A stretch of DNA of 22,264 nucleotides from Trueperaceae bacterium (lineage in GTDB: Bacteria; Deinococcota; Deinococci; Deinococcales; Trueperaceae): positions 23,801 through 46,064 of the forward strand of contig JBBDRK010000057.1 of the NCBI GenBank assembly GCA_040905465.1. The letters are read 5' to 3'. The first letter of the stretch is position 1. Every line of letters starts with the position of its first letter. The notes beneath the pieces were generated by a model that was given only the letters and a program-made list of their open reading frames with translations, ran no database searches and had not been told where the DNA came from. Position numbers and translations under genes: made by a program. Shown piece by piece: positions 7,697 to 17,592 of the stretch.

Positions 7697-10600
7697 TCAT
7701 GGCTCGCGACCGGCTCCGGCAGCCAGCGCCGTTTCCGCCTGGAGGGCCGCAAGGACTACCGCCTCGGAAGCGCGGTCAGCGGGCAGATCGGCCGTCGCAT
7801 CCTCGAGCTCCGGATGCGGTGCCACGCGCCGGAACGCCTGGAGCGCGGTCGGCCAGTCGGCAAGCAAACCGCGCGCGCGGGCGCTTCCGGTCACATCGGC
7901 GTGCCGCTCTACCAATGCCCGAAGCAGAGAGCTGTCGACGCTGTGCTCGACCGCCTCGATGCCGACCATGCCTGAATTCAGCCGGCCGGCGAGCCTGGCC
8001 TCGGGATCGAAGACGTAGGCTACGCCCCCCGACATGCCCGCACCGAAGTTGCGGCCGGTGCCGCCGAGGATTACGGCCACGCCACCCGTCATGTATTCAC
8101 AGCCGTGGTCGCCGCACCCCTCCACCACTGCAACCGCGCCCGAGTTGCGCACGCACAAGCGCTCGCCGGCAGCGCCGGCGGCGTACAGACTTCCGCCGGT
8201 GGCGCCGTACAGCACCGTGTTGCCAAGGATCACATGGCGGTGGGTCTCGAAGCGGCTACCCGGGGGCGGAGCGATCACGATCTCCCCGCCCGACATGCCC
8301 TTGCCCACGTAATCCTGGGCCTCGCCCTGCAGCCTCAGCCGCATACCTCGCACGGTGAACGCCCCGAAGCTCTGGCCGGCGGCCCCGGTGAGGGTGACGT
8401 CGATGGTTCCGGCGGGCAGGCCGTCCCGCCCATGCGCGCGGGCGATCTCACCGGAAAGCCTGGCGCCGACCGAGCGCTCCCTGTTGCTGATCGGGTAGCG
8501 GAGCGCGACATTGTCGCCGGAGCCGATGGCCCGTTCGCTGTCGCGCCACAGCGTCTCATCCAGCGGAGCAGCCGTTTCCGGCCGGTCGTTGCGAGCCTGT
8601 CCCGAGCGGCGCGCACGCGCACCGACCGGATCGGGATCGCGCAATACGGCTGTCAGGTCGAGGCGACCGACCTTCGGCAGCGCGACTTCGCGCTGCTCCA
8701 GCAGGTCCACCCTGCCGATGACCTGGTCCAGGCTGGTGAACCCCATCTCGGCGAGGATCATCCGTACCTGCTGAGCCAGGTAGACGAAGAAGTTGACGAT
8801 GTGCTCCGGCTGCCCCTGGAACTTCTTGCGGAGCTCCGGATCCTGCGTCGCGATGCCGACCGGACAGGTGTTGAGGTGGCATTGCCGGATCAGGGCGCAG
8901 CCCGCCGCCACAAGAGCGGTGCTGCCGAAACCGAACTCCTCGGCGCCCAGCAACGCCCCGACCATCACGTCGCGGCCGGTCTTCATGCCGCCGTCGACCC
9001 GTAGCGTCACGCGTCCGCGCAGGTCGTTGGCCACCAGGACCTGCTGGGTCTCGGCCAGACCGAGCTCCCATGGAACTCCGGCATGCTTGACCGACGACAG
9101 CGGGCTGGCGCCGGTACCGCCGTCGTTACCGGAGATCTGGATGTTGTCGGCATAGCCCTTGACCACACCGGCGGCGATAGTGCCCACGCCGGAGGTCGAA
9201 ACCAGCTTCACGCCTATCCGCGACTCGCGGCTCACCCGCTTGAGATCGTAGATGAGCTGGGCGAGGTCCTCGATCGAGTAGATGTCGTGGTGCGGCGGCG
9301 GGCTTATCAGGGTCACGCCCGGCACGCTGTGGCGTATGCCGGCGATCTCCGCGGACACCTTGAAGCCCGGGATCTGCCCGCCCTCGCCCGGCTTGGAACC
9401 CTGGGCCATCTTGATCTCGATCTCGCGGGCGTTTACCAGGTAATCGGCGGTAACGCCGAAACGGCCGGACGCTACCTGCTTGATAGCACTGTTGGCCCAG
9501 TCGCCCGCCTTGGGGTGCCAAGGGGCGTGAGACGCCTCCGGACGGTCGGCGTCGTACGGCCGAAACCGATCGGGGTCCTCGCCTCCTTCACCGGAGTTGC
9601 TCTTGGCGTTCAGTCGGTTCATGGCGATGGCCAGAGTCTCGTGCATCTCGCGCGACACGGAGCCGTGGCTCATCGCCTGGGTCGTGAAGCGGCGAACTAT
9701 CGCTTCGACGGGCTCCACCTGTTCGAGTGGAATCGCTTTGGCCGCCTTGCGAACCTGCAGCAGGTCGCGCAGGTTGCACGGTGGACGCGTGTCCACCTCT
9801 CGGGTGTACTCCTCGTAAGCCTCGAAGCTCTCGGTGCGCACCGCCTTGTGCAGGTTCTTGAAGACCTTGGGGTTGAACGCGTGGTACTCGCCCGCCTTGC
9901 GAAACCGGTAGATTCCGCGGTCGACCAGCTCGGCGTGCTCGCCGAACGCCTCGCCGTGCAGGCGCAGCACGTCGGTGGCAAACGTATCCAGGCCGGCGCC
10001 GCCAATGCGACTGGTCGTTCCGTAGAAGTAGCGCTCGATGACATCCTGGTCGACGCCTACCGCTTCGAAAATCTGGGCGCCCCGGTAGGAGCTGATGGTG
10101 GAGATGCCCATCTTCGACATGATCTTCAGGAGGCCCTTCTCCACGGCCTGAACATAGTTGCTCACGGCGTCCTCGCCGGCGGCGACGCTCTCGTCCCGGC
10201 TCTTGCCGCTCAGTGAGCGCGCCGTGGCGAAAGCCAGGTAGGGGTGGACCAGCGCCGCTCCGTAACCGATCAGGCAGGCGTAGTGATGGTCTTCGCGAGG
10301 CTCTCCGGTGTCGCAGACGATTGCCGCCTTGGTGCGGCGACCGACCAACAGGAGGCGGTGGTGAACGGCGCCGACCGCCAGCAGCATCGGCACCGGCGCC
10401 CAGTCGGGACCTACTTCGCGGTCGGAGACTATCAGCACCGAAACGCCGCTCTCCACCTCTTCCTGAGCCTGGTCGGCCAACTCGTCGAGCGCCGCCTTGA
10501 GACCCTCGGGGCCATCTTCGACCCGGAACCGCGCTTGCAATGTGGCGCTTCCGAACGCCTGCTGCTCGCGAAGCCCACGAAGCTGACCGGCGTCGATGAT

Positions 10601-12298
10601 CGGGGATTCGAACCGCATCACCCGCGCCGCTTCGGGCTCCTCCTCGAGCAAGGAAGCGCGCGGTCCCAGTACCGTCGCGAGCGACATGACCAGCCGCTCG
10701 CGCAGGGGATCGATCGGTGGGTTCGTCACCTGAGCGAAGCGTTGTTTGAAGTAGCGGTAGAGCTGCTGGGGTTGCTCCGAGAGCACGGCCAGGGGCGTGT
10801 CGTCGCCCATCGAGCCGACCGGCATGTCGGCGTGCCCGGCCATCGGTTCGAAGATCCGGTCGTAATCCTCTTTCGAGTAGCCGAAGAGCTTCTGGCTCCT
10901 GGTAAGAGCCTCCGGGTCGGGGAGCCGCCGGTCCAGCGGCTCATCGCGCCGCTCCGCCTGGACCTGGTAGCGCTCCACCCACTCTCGATAAGGTCGCCGG
11001 GTCGCGTAGCGCGCCTTGATTTCCTCGTTCCGGAGCAGCTTGCCCTCGAGGGTGTCGACGGCCAGCATGCGGCCCGGGCCGAGTCGGCCTTTCTCGATGA
11101 TCTCGTCCTCCGGCAGCGGCACCAGGCCGGCTTCTGATCCCACCACCAGCAGACCGTCACGGCTGAGCCAGTAGCGCTGGGGTCTCAGGCCGTTGCGGTC
11201 GAGTCCGGCCACCGCGTAGCGGCCGTCGGTCAACGCCAGCGCGGCCGGGCCGTCCCACGGTTCCATCAGGGTGGCGTGGTAGCGGTAGAAGCCGGCCAAC
11301 TCCTCGCTGGTGGCCGGATCCTGGTCGAACGCCTCGGGCACGAGCATCATCAGGGTATGGAGCACGTCGCGCCCCGACAGAGTCAGCAGTTCGAAGGCGT
11401 TGTCGAGGGCGGCCGAATCGCTGCCGCCGGCTTCGATCACCGGCAGGAGATCACGGACCTCGTTGCCCCAGACGTAGCTCGACATACGCGGCTCGCGTGC
11501 CTTCATGAAGTTGACGTTGCCCTGCAACGTGTTGATCTCGCCGTTGTGGGCCAGAAAGCGAAACGGTTGGGCCAGCGACCAGCGCGGCATGGTGTTCGTG
11601 CTGTAGCGCTGGTGGAACACGGCTATCGCCGTTTCGTAGTCGGGATCGGCCAGGTCGAGATAGAAGTTGGAGAGTTGATCGGCCACCATCAGCCCCTTGT
11701 AGGTGATGGTCCGGCTCGACAAAGAGGTAACGTAGGCGCGCCCCAGGCCGGCCTCCTCGAGACGCCTCTCGATGCGTTTGCGGGTCAGGTACAGGGTGCG
11801 TTCGAACGAGTCGTCCGACAGCCACTCCGGCTTGCCCAGCAGCACCTGGCGAATCACCGGACGACGCAGCCGGGCATCGTCTCCCAGGACGCTGTCATCG
11901 AGCGGCGGCACCCGCCACATCAACCTCTTCAGCGGAGAGCGCGCGATCTCGTCGCGAATGAGAGCGTAGACCTTCCTGAACGGCGAGTCGTTTGCCACGA
12001 AGAAGGTGCCCACGGCCAGGTCGCGATCGCGTTCGAGGTGTATCCCCTGAGCTTCGAGGTCACGACGAAACAGCCGGTGGGGGATCTGGGTCAGGACGCC
12101 AGCGCCGTCACCGGTTCGCCCATCGGCGCTGACCGCACCCCGATGGGCCAGATTGTGCAGCGCCCCGAGGGCGTGCACCAGCACGTCGTGGCTGCGACGA
12201 CCGCTCACGTCGGCGATGAAGCCGACGCCGCAGGCGTCACGCTCTGACGGCCAGGCCAAACGAGTGAAGTCGGAGGTCCGTTGGACAAACTCGGGCAT
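7697..12298 (-). CDS. gltB: Glutamate synthase large subunit
   Basis: ERDA/CGVGF processing site, HQRYSTNT, EPWDGPA, FAQVTNPPID, IKQVASGRFG, KPGEGGQ, [3Fe-4S] motif CALIRQCHLNTCPVG and GXGXG C-terminal domain. Start ATG 12298 behind GGGGAG. Confidence 0.97.
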   Translation of the reverse strand: MPEFVQRTSDFTRLAWPSERDACGVGFIADVSGRRSHDVLVHALGALHNLAHRGAVSADGRTGDGAGVLTQIPHRLFRRDLEAQGIHLERDRDLAVGTFFVANDSPFRKVYALIRDEIARSPLKRLMWRVPPLDDSVLGDDARLRRPVIRQVLLGKPEWLSDDSFERTLYLTRKRIERRLEEAGLGRAYVTSLSSRTITYKGLMVADQLSNFYLDLADPDYETAIAVFHQRYSTNTMPRWSLAQPFRFLAHNGEINTLQGNVNFMKAREPRMSSYVWGNEVRDLLPVIEAGGSDSAALDNAFELLTLSGRDVLHTLMMLVPEAFDQDPATSEELAGFYRYHATLMEPWDGPAALALTDGRYAVAGLDRNGLRPQRYWLSRDGLLVVGSEAGLVPLPEDEIIEKGRLGPGRMLAVDTLEGKLLRNEEIKARYATRRPYREWVERYQVQAERRDEPLDRRLPDPEALTRSQKLFGYSKEDYDRIFEPMAGHADMPVGSMGDDTPLAVLSEQPQQLYRYFKQRFAQVTNPPIDPLRERLVMSLATVLGPRASLLEEEPEAARVMRFESPIIDAGQLRGLREQQAFGSATLQARFRVEDGPEGLKAALDELADQAQEEVESGVSVLIVSDREVGPDWAPVPMLLAVGAVHHRLLLVGRRTKAAIVCDTGEPREDHHYACLIGYGAALVHPYLAFATARSLSGKSRDESVAAGEDAVSNYVQAVEKGLLKIMSKMGISTISSYRGAQIFEAVGVDQDVIERYFYGTTSRIGGAGLDTFATDVLRLHGEAFGEHAELVDRGIYRFRKAGEYHAFNPKVFKNLHKAVRTESFEAYEEYTREVDTRPPCNLRDLLQVRKAAKAIPLEQVEPVEAIVRRFTTQAMSHGSVSREMHETLAIAMNRLNAKSNSGEGGEDPDRFRPYDADRPEASHAPWHPKAGDWANSAIKQVASGRFGVTADYLVNAREIEIKMAQGSKPGEGGQIPGFKVSAEIAGIRHSVPGVTLISPPPHHDIYSIEDLAQLIYDLKRVSRESRIGVKLVSTSGVGTIAAGVVKGYADNIQISGNDGGTGASPLSSVKHAGVPWELGLAETQQVLVANDLRGRVTLRVDGGMKTGRDVMVGALLGAEEFGFGSTALVAAGCALIRQCHLNTCPVGIATQDPELRKKFQGQPEHIVNFFVYLAQQVRMILAEMGFTSLDQVIGRVDLLEQREVALPKVGRLDLTAVLRDPDPVGARARRSGQARNDRPETAAPLDETLWRDSERAIGSGDNVALRYPISNRERSVGARLSGEIARAHGRDGLPAGTIDVTLTGAAGQSFGAFTVRGMRLRLQGEAQDYVGKGMSGGEIVIAPPPGSRFETHRHVILGNTVLYGATGGSLYAAGAAGERLCVRNSGAVAVVEGCGDHGCEYMTGGVAVILGGTGRNFGAGMSGGVAYVFDPEARLAGRLNSGMVGIEAVEHSVDSSLLRALVERHADVTGSARARGLLADWPTALQAFRRVAPHPELEDATADLPADRASEAVVLAALQAETALAAGAGREP

Positions 12299-12448
12299 GT
12301 TCTCTCCCCTGAATGTGATCGAGGTCAGGGCCGGGGTCGGCCTGATAATGGTTCTGATTCTCGGACCGGCCCGGCCCGCTCCGCATGGCTCTGCATCAGG
12401 ACGCATGTTTTAGGAATCGGAGCGCCGCGCCGCGCGGCCGTGGCGAGA

Positions 12449-12477
12449 ATTATAGCGTCAGCGCCGACGACTGTCAA
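12449..12477 (-). promoter_or_regulatory. Consensus sigma70 promoter upstream of gltB
   Basis: Minus strand TTGACA (12477-12472), 17-bp spacer, TATAAT (12454-12449); perfect consensus. Confidence 0.85.
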
Positions 12478-12611
12478 ACTCGGCACTCCCACGAACTGCG
12501 CCGGAGGCGGGCTTTACATCCACTGTCACGGAGCGGATAGGCGACCGGAATCGTTCCACCGGCGGCATTGCGCCGTGGATGGCAAGGCACAGGGCCCCGC
12601 CGACTTCATAT

Positions 12612-14234
12612 CTATGCAATGCCGTCGGCGATCCTGTCGGCGGGTGCGACCCCTTCCCGGGGCGCCGTGCCGTCTTTCAGCAGCTTGTATTCGATCGCGT
12701 CGAGCAGAGCTTCGTAGGAGGCATCGATGATGTCCGAGCTCGCTCCCACCGTACCCCAACTGTCGTGCCCATCGGTTATCTCCAACTGCACCCGAACCAC
12801 CGCGGCAGTTCCGGTCTGGGTACCGTCGAGGACGCGCACCTTGTAATCGACCAGCCGCAGCTCTCCGACCGAGGGGTAAAACCGCGACAACGCCTTGGTG
12901 AGGGCACGGTCGAGGGCGTTTACCGGGCCGTGCCCCACGGACGCCGTGTGCTCGAGCACCCCGCCCACCTCCACCTTGATCACAGCCTGGCAACTCGGTT
13001 CGCTCTCCCCTTCCCGCTTGTCCATCAGTACCGAGAAGCCGTGCAGCGTGAAGTAGGGCCGGTAGTCACCACGAACCTTGCGCGACAGCAACTGAAACGA
13101 CGCCTCGGCGCCCTCGAACGAGTAACCCCGGTGCTCCAGCTCCTTGAGCCGGGCCACCACCTCGCGGGTCGACGGGTCCATCGCTCCTATCGACTCGCCG
13201 AACTCGACCGATTTGGCCAGCACGTTCGCCCGGCCCGACAGCTCGGACAGCAGGATGCGCCGGCGGTTGCCTACCGCCTCCGGATCAATGTGCTCGTAGG
13301 TGTCCGGCCGCTTGTTGACCGCAGAGACGTGCACGCCGCCCTTGTGAGCGAACGCGGCGTCACCGACGAACGGGGCACGCACGTTCGGTGGCAGGTTGGC
13401 GCGCTCGTCGACGAACCGCGAAAGCTCGCGTAACGCCGTCATTGCCTGCGGTTGCGGGCGGTTGAGCTTGAGCGCCAGGTTCGGCAGCACCGAGATCAGA
13501 TTGGCGTTGCCACAACGCTCTCCGTAGCCGTTGACGGTGCCCTGAACGTGGCCGACGCCGGCATCGACGGCAGCGAGCGTGTTGGCAACCGCCAACTCGC
13601 TGTCGTTGTGCGCGTGGATGCCGATGGGCAGCGGGAACAGTTCCCGAGCTTCGCGTACCAGCCGTTCGACGGTACCGGGCAAGGTCCCGCCGTTGGTGTC
13701 GCACAGAACCAGGGTATCTGCCCCACCCTCGAGTGCGGCCGAGAGCGTGGCCAATGCGTACGCGCTGTCGGCGGCGTAGCCGTCGAAGAAGTGCTCGGCG
13801 TCGTAGATCACCTCGCGGCCATGCGTCTTGAGAAGCTCCACCGAACGCCTGATCATGCTCAGGTTCTCGTCGAGTCCGGCGCCCAGCGCCTCGCTGACGT
13901 GAAGAGTCCACGCCTTGCCGAAAACGGTTACCACCGGCGTGCCGACAGCAAGCAGGGCTTGCAGGTTCTCGTCATCCTCCGCTTCCACCCCGCGCCGGCA
14001 GGTGGAGCCGAAGGCAGCCAGTCGTGCCTGCAGAAGGGGGACGTCCCGCATGCGCTCGAAGAACTCGATGTCCTTGGGGTTGGAACCGGGCCAACCGCCC
14101 TCTATCAGGTCCATGCCGAACGCGTCCAGCCGGCGGGCGATCGCCACCTTGTCCTCGCTGGTGAAGTTCACGCCTTCGGCCTGGGCGCCGTCGCGTAGCG
14201 TGGTGTCGTATATGCGCAGGGGCCCGTCGCTCAT
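12612..14234 (-). CDS. cimA: Citramalate synthase (bacterial CimA type, LeuA family)
   Basis: YDTTLRDGAQAEG, IEGGWPGSNPKD, YDAEHFFDG, HAHNDSE, AFAHKGGVH, FEGAEASF and DYKVRVL motifs. ATG 14234 is 6 nt from GAGGT, whereas ATG 14240 abuts that SD. Confidence 0.92.
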   Translation of the reverse strand: MSDGPLRIYDTTLRDGAQAEGVNFTSEDKVAIARRLDAFGMDLIEGGWPGSNPKDIEFFERMRDVPLLQARLAAFGSTCRRGVEAEDDENLQALLAVGTPVVTVFGKAWTLHVSEALGAGLDENLSMIRRSVELLKTHGREVIYDAEHFFDGYAADSAYALATLSAALEGGADTLVLCDTNGGTLPGTVERLVREARELFPLPIGIHAHNDSELAVANTLAAVDAGVGHVQGTVNGYGERCGNANLISVLPNLALKLNRPQPQAMTALRELSRFVDERANLPPNVRAPFVGDAAFAHKGGVHVSAVNKRPDTYEHIDPEAVGNRRRILLSELSGRANVLAKSVEFGESIGAMDPSTREVVARLKELEHRGYSFEGAEASFQLLSRKVRGDYRPYFTLHGFSVLMDKREGESEPSCQAVIKVEVGGVLEHTASVGHGPVNALDRALTKALSRFYPSVGELRLVDYKVRVLDGTQTGTAAVVRVQLEITDGHDSWGTVGASSDIIDASYEALLDAIEYKLLKDGTAPREGVAPADRIADGIA

Positions 14235-14248
14235 CGCCATACCTCGGC

Positions 14249-15799
14249 TCAGGGGGTGGATACTTTCGCTTCGCCCTGGGCCACGCCGGCCGCGAGCTTG
14301 TTGAGGACATCCACGTAGGCAAGGACGGACGCTTCGACGACATCGGTGGACAGGCCTCGCCCGTGAACCTGACGGCCGTCGCTGCTGACGCGTATCGAGA
14401 CCTCGCCCAGGGCGTCCTTGCCGGCGCCGACGCTGCGGATCTCGTAGGCCTCCAACGCTACCGGGACCTGGCTGATTCTCTCGACGGCCTTGTAGGCGGC
14501 GTCGACTGGACCGTCACCGGTCGCGGCTTCCTCGTAGATGCCGGTGTCTGTCCGCAGGCGGACGGTGGCGACCGGGGTGAGGGCGGTTCCCGACTGGAAC
14601 TGGACCGCCTGGAGCTGATAGGTCTGCGGGACCTTGGTGGTCTCGGCGTCGACGAGCGCACGAATGTCCTCGCTGGTCACCTTGCTCTTGCGGTCGCACA
14701 GATCCTTGAACTGCCGGAACAGCGAGTTCACCTGGTCATCGGCCAGCTTGGGATAGCCGAGCTCGTCGAGCGACTGCCGGAAAGCGCGCCGTCCGGAGTG
14801 CTTGCCCATAACCAGAACGCCGGCGTCCCGCCCGACCGACGCGGCGCTCATGATCTCGTAGGTCTCGACAGCCTTGATCACGCCGTCCTGGTGAATACCC
14901 GACTCGTGCGCGAAGGCGTTGTCGCCGACAACAGCCTTGTTGGGAGGCACCACCATGCCGGTGTACATGGCGACCAGGCGCGAGGTCCGGTAGATCTCGC
15001 GAGTCTTGATCGAAGTGGTGTGCTGCCAGAAGTCGCGGCGCGTGTGCAGCGCCATCACGATCTCCTCAAGCGATGCGTTGCCGGCCCGTTCGCCGATGCC
15101 GTTGACGGCGCACTCGATCTGCGTTGCGCCGCTCCTCACGCCGGCGAGGCTGTTGATGGCCGCGCAACCGAGGTCATCGTGGCAGTGAGTGCTCACGTCC
15201 ACCCGCTCGATTCCCGGAACGCGTTCGCGAATGGTGCGCACGAGCTCGCCGTACTCCCACGGCATCATGTAGCCGACGGTGTCGGGGATGTTGATGGTCG
15301 TCGCGCCGGCCGCGATCGTCTCGGTGAAGATACGCACCAGGAACTCGGGATCGGACCTTCCCGCGTCCTCGGCACTGAATTCGACGTCGTCGACGAAAGT
15401 CCTGGCCAACTCCACCGCCTTCACGGCGCGCTCGACCACGGCATCCGGCGCGAGCTGCAACTTCTTCTCCATGTGGATGGAGCTGGTGGCGATGAAGGTG
15501 TGGATGCGCGGCCGGGCCGAGCCGGCCACGGCCTCGGCGGCCCGCTCGACGTCCGCCGCGTTCGCCCGAGCCAGTCCGGCCACTGTGACGCTGTCCGACT
15601 CCTCACCGATCGCGCGGGCGATCTCGCGCACCGCCTGGAAGTCGCCCTCGGACGCAACCGGGAAACCGGCTTCGATGACGTCGACCCCGAGCCTGGCCAA
15701 TTGACGGGCGATCTCGGTCTTTTCCTTGGTGTTGAGCGCTACTCCGGGCGACTGCTCTCCGTCGCGGAGGGTGGTGTCGAAAATCTTAATGTGGGCCAT
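14249..15799 (-). CDS. leuA: 2-isopropylmalate synthase
   Basis: [46 protein letters not shown] motifs and C-terminal regulatory domain (GDGPVDA). Confidence 0.96.
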   Translation of the reverse strand: MAHIKIFDTTLRDGEQSPGVALNTKEKTEIARQLARLGVDVIEAGFPVASEGDFQAVREIARAIGEESDSVTVAGLARANAADVERAAEAVAGSARPRIHTFIATSSIHMEKKLQLAPDAVVERAVKAVELARTFVDDVEFSAEDAGRSDPEFLVRIFTETIAAGATTINIPDTVGYMMPWEYGELVRTIRERVPGIERVDVSTHCHDDLGCAAINSLAGVRSGATQIECAVNGIGERAGNASLEEIVMALHTRRDFWQHTTSIKTREIYRTSRLVAMYTGMVVPPNKAVVGDNAFAHESGIHQDGVIKAVETYEIMSAASVGRDAGVLVMGKHSGRRAFRQSLDELGYPKLADDQVNSLFRQFKDLCDRKSKVTSEDIRALVDAETTKVPQTYQLQAVQFQSGTALTPVATVRLRTDTGIYEEAATGDGPVDAAYKAVERISQVPVALEAYEIRSVGAGKDALGEVSIRVSSDGRQVHGRGLSTDVVEASVLAYVDVLNKLAAGVAQGEAKVSTP

Positions 15800-15939
15800 C
15801 TGGCTGGCTCCCTTCAGGAAGGAACGGGTTCGGGACTATCTGCGGAGTGCGGAGGGCCTCGGCGGTAGTCGGTGGTGCGCACCGTACCGCCAGCGTCCCG
15901 CCGCCGAACCTCGCCTCGACCCGCTCGCCCTGTCCATGC

Positions 15940-16962
15940 TCACCCCAGATCGTTTCGCGCCTGCTCGGAAGGCGCGGCGATGAACGGCATCATCTTGCGC
16001 AGGCGCTTGCCGACCTGGGACACCAGGCTCGCCTCGGTGTTGCGCCGGCCGGTGCTGAGCATGGGCTGGCCCACCTGGTTCTCGAGCAGGAACTCCCGGG
16101 CGAAGGCGCCGCTCTTGATGTCGGCCAGCACCCGGCGCATCTCGGCGCGGGTCTCGTCGGTCACGATCCGCTTGCCGGTAGCGTAGTCACCGTACTCGGC
16201 CGTGTTCGACACCGAGTAGCGCATCCGCTCGAAGCCGCCCTCATAGATCAGGTCGACGATGAGCTTCATCTCGTGGACGCACTCGAAGTAGGCGACCTCC
16301 GGCTGGTAGCCCGCTTCCACCAGGGTCTCGAAACCGCTGCGCATGAGTTCGGTCACGCCGCCGCACAGCACGGCCTGCTCGCCGAACAGGTCGGTCTCGG
16401 TCTCCTCGGCGAAGGTCGTCTCGATCACGCCGCCGCGGGTGCCTCCTATGGCCTTCGCGTAGGCCAGCGCCCGTTCACGCACCCGACCGCTGGCGTCCTG
16501 ATGGAGCGCCAGCAGGCAGGGCACTCCGGCCCCCTCGCTGTAGACGCGGCGCACCAGGTGCCCCGGGCCCTTGGGGGCCACCATGAACACATCCACGCCC
16601 TCGGGAGCCTTGACCTGGCCGAAGTGGACGTTGAACCCATGGGCGAAGGCCAGGGTGTTGCCCTGGTCGATATTGGGGGCGATGCTTTCGCGGTAGACAC
16701 GTCCCTGAACCTCATCGGGGAGCAGGATCATCACGACGTCACCGGCCTTGGCGGCCTCGGCGACGTCCATCACCTTCAGGCCGGCGCTTTCGGCTTCGGC
16801 CCAGGACGCCGAGCCGGGCCGCAGCCCGACTATTACGTCGAGTCCCGATTCGCTGGCATTGAGGGCGTGGGCATGGCCTTGCGACCCGTAGCCGATCACG
16901 GCGATCGTCTGACCCTGGAGGTGTTCGAGGTTGGCGTCGGCGTCGTAATAGATGTTGGGCAT
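15940..16962 (-). CDS. ilvC: Ketol-acid reductoisomerase
   Basis: [45 protein letters not shown] and SNTAEYG motifs. Confidence 0.97.
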   Translation of the reverse strand: MPNIYYDADANLEHLQGQTIAVIGYGSQGHAHALNASESGLDVIVGLRPGSASWAEAESAGLKVMDVAEAAKAGDVVMILLPDEVQGRVYRESIAPNIDQGNTLAFAHGFNVHFGQVKAPEGVDVFMVAPKGPGHLVRRVYSEGAGVPCLLALHQDASGRVRERALAYAKAIGGTRGGVIETTFAEETETDLFGEQAVLCGGVTELMRSGFETLVEAGYQPEVAYFECVHEMKLIVDLIYEGGFERMRYSVSNTAEYGDYATGKRIVTDETRAEMRRVLADIKSGAFAREFLLENQVGQPMLSTGRRNTEASLVSQVGKRLRKMMPFIAAPSEQARNDLG

Positions 16963-17067
16963 GAGGGCTGGGTGTTTCCTTCCTGTTGCTGGCCGCGCTC
17001 TCGCGGCCCGGGCGGGTCGGGACGGACCGTTGGCAGGTCCGCCGTTGTCAAATTCGTACGAAGATCG

Positions 17068-17592
17068 TCAGGCGACCTTCTGGGCGGGGCGACGCACGCG
17101 GGCGTCGTTGCTGGAGCGTGAAAGTGCCACCCGTCCGGTGCGGGTCAGCTCGACGATCCCGAAGGGAAGCATCTGATCGATGAATGCGTTCATCTTGCTT
17201 TCGTCGCCGGTCACTTCGAACACCAGGGCGTCGCGGTGGACATCGATGATATGGGCACGAAAGTCCTGCGCGATCTGCCGGATCTCCACCCGGTCCTCGG
17301 GCGTCCTCACGGCGACCTTGACCAGCATCAGTTCGCGTTCCACGAAGGGCGCCTCGCTGTGGTCTATCACCTTGATCACGTCGATGAGCTTCTGCAACTG
17401 CTTCTCGACCTGTTCGACGGTGCCGTCCTCGCCGGTGACCACGAAGGTGGTGCGCGAGATGCCGGGCTCCTCCGTCTGAGCCACCGACAGGCTCTCGATG
17501 TTGAACGCCCGGCGTGCGAACAGGCCGGCGATCCTCACCAGAACCCCCGGCTGATCGCGCACGGTGACGCTCAGGATGTGCCGGTGAACCAT
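17068..17592 (-). CDS. ilvN: Acetolactate synthase small (regulatory) subunit
   Basis: Start ATG overlaps the ilvB stop (TGATG). MVHRHILSVTVRDQPGVLVRIAGLFARRAFNIESL ACT domain, RELMLVKV and ELTRTG. The ORF track over-extends it to 18318. Confidence 0.95.
   Translation of the reverse strand: MVHRHILSVTVRDQPGVLVRIAGLFARRAFNIESLSVAQTEEPGISRTTFVVTGEDGTVEQVEKQLQKLIDVIKVIDHSEAPFVERELMLVKVAVRTPEDRVEIRQIAQDFRAHIIDVHRDALVFEVTGDESKMNAFIDQMLPFGIVELTRTGRVALSRSSNDARVRRPAQKVA

Noticed and set aside
16991-17062. Minus-strand TTGACA, palindrome TTCGTACGAA and GC hairpins between ilvN and ilvC
   Set aside because: No -10 box at the proper spacing and no U-tract; not supportable as a promoter or terminator.
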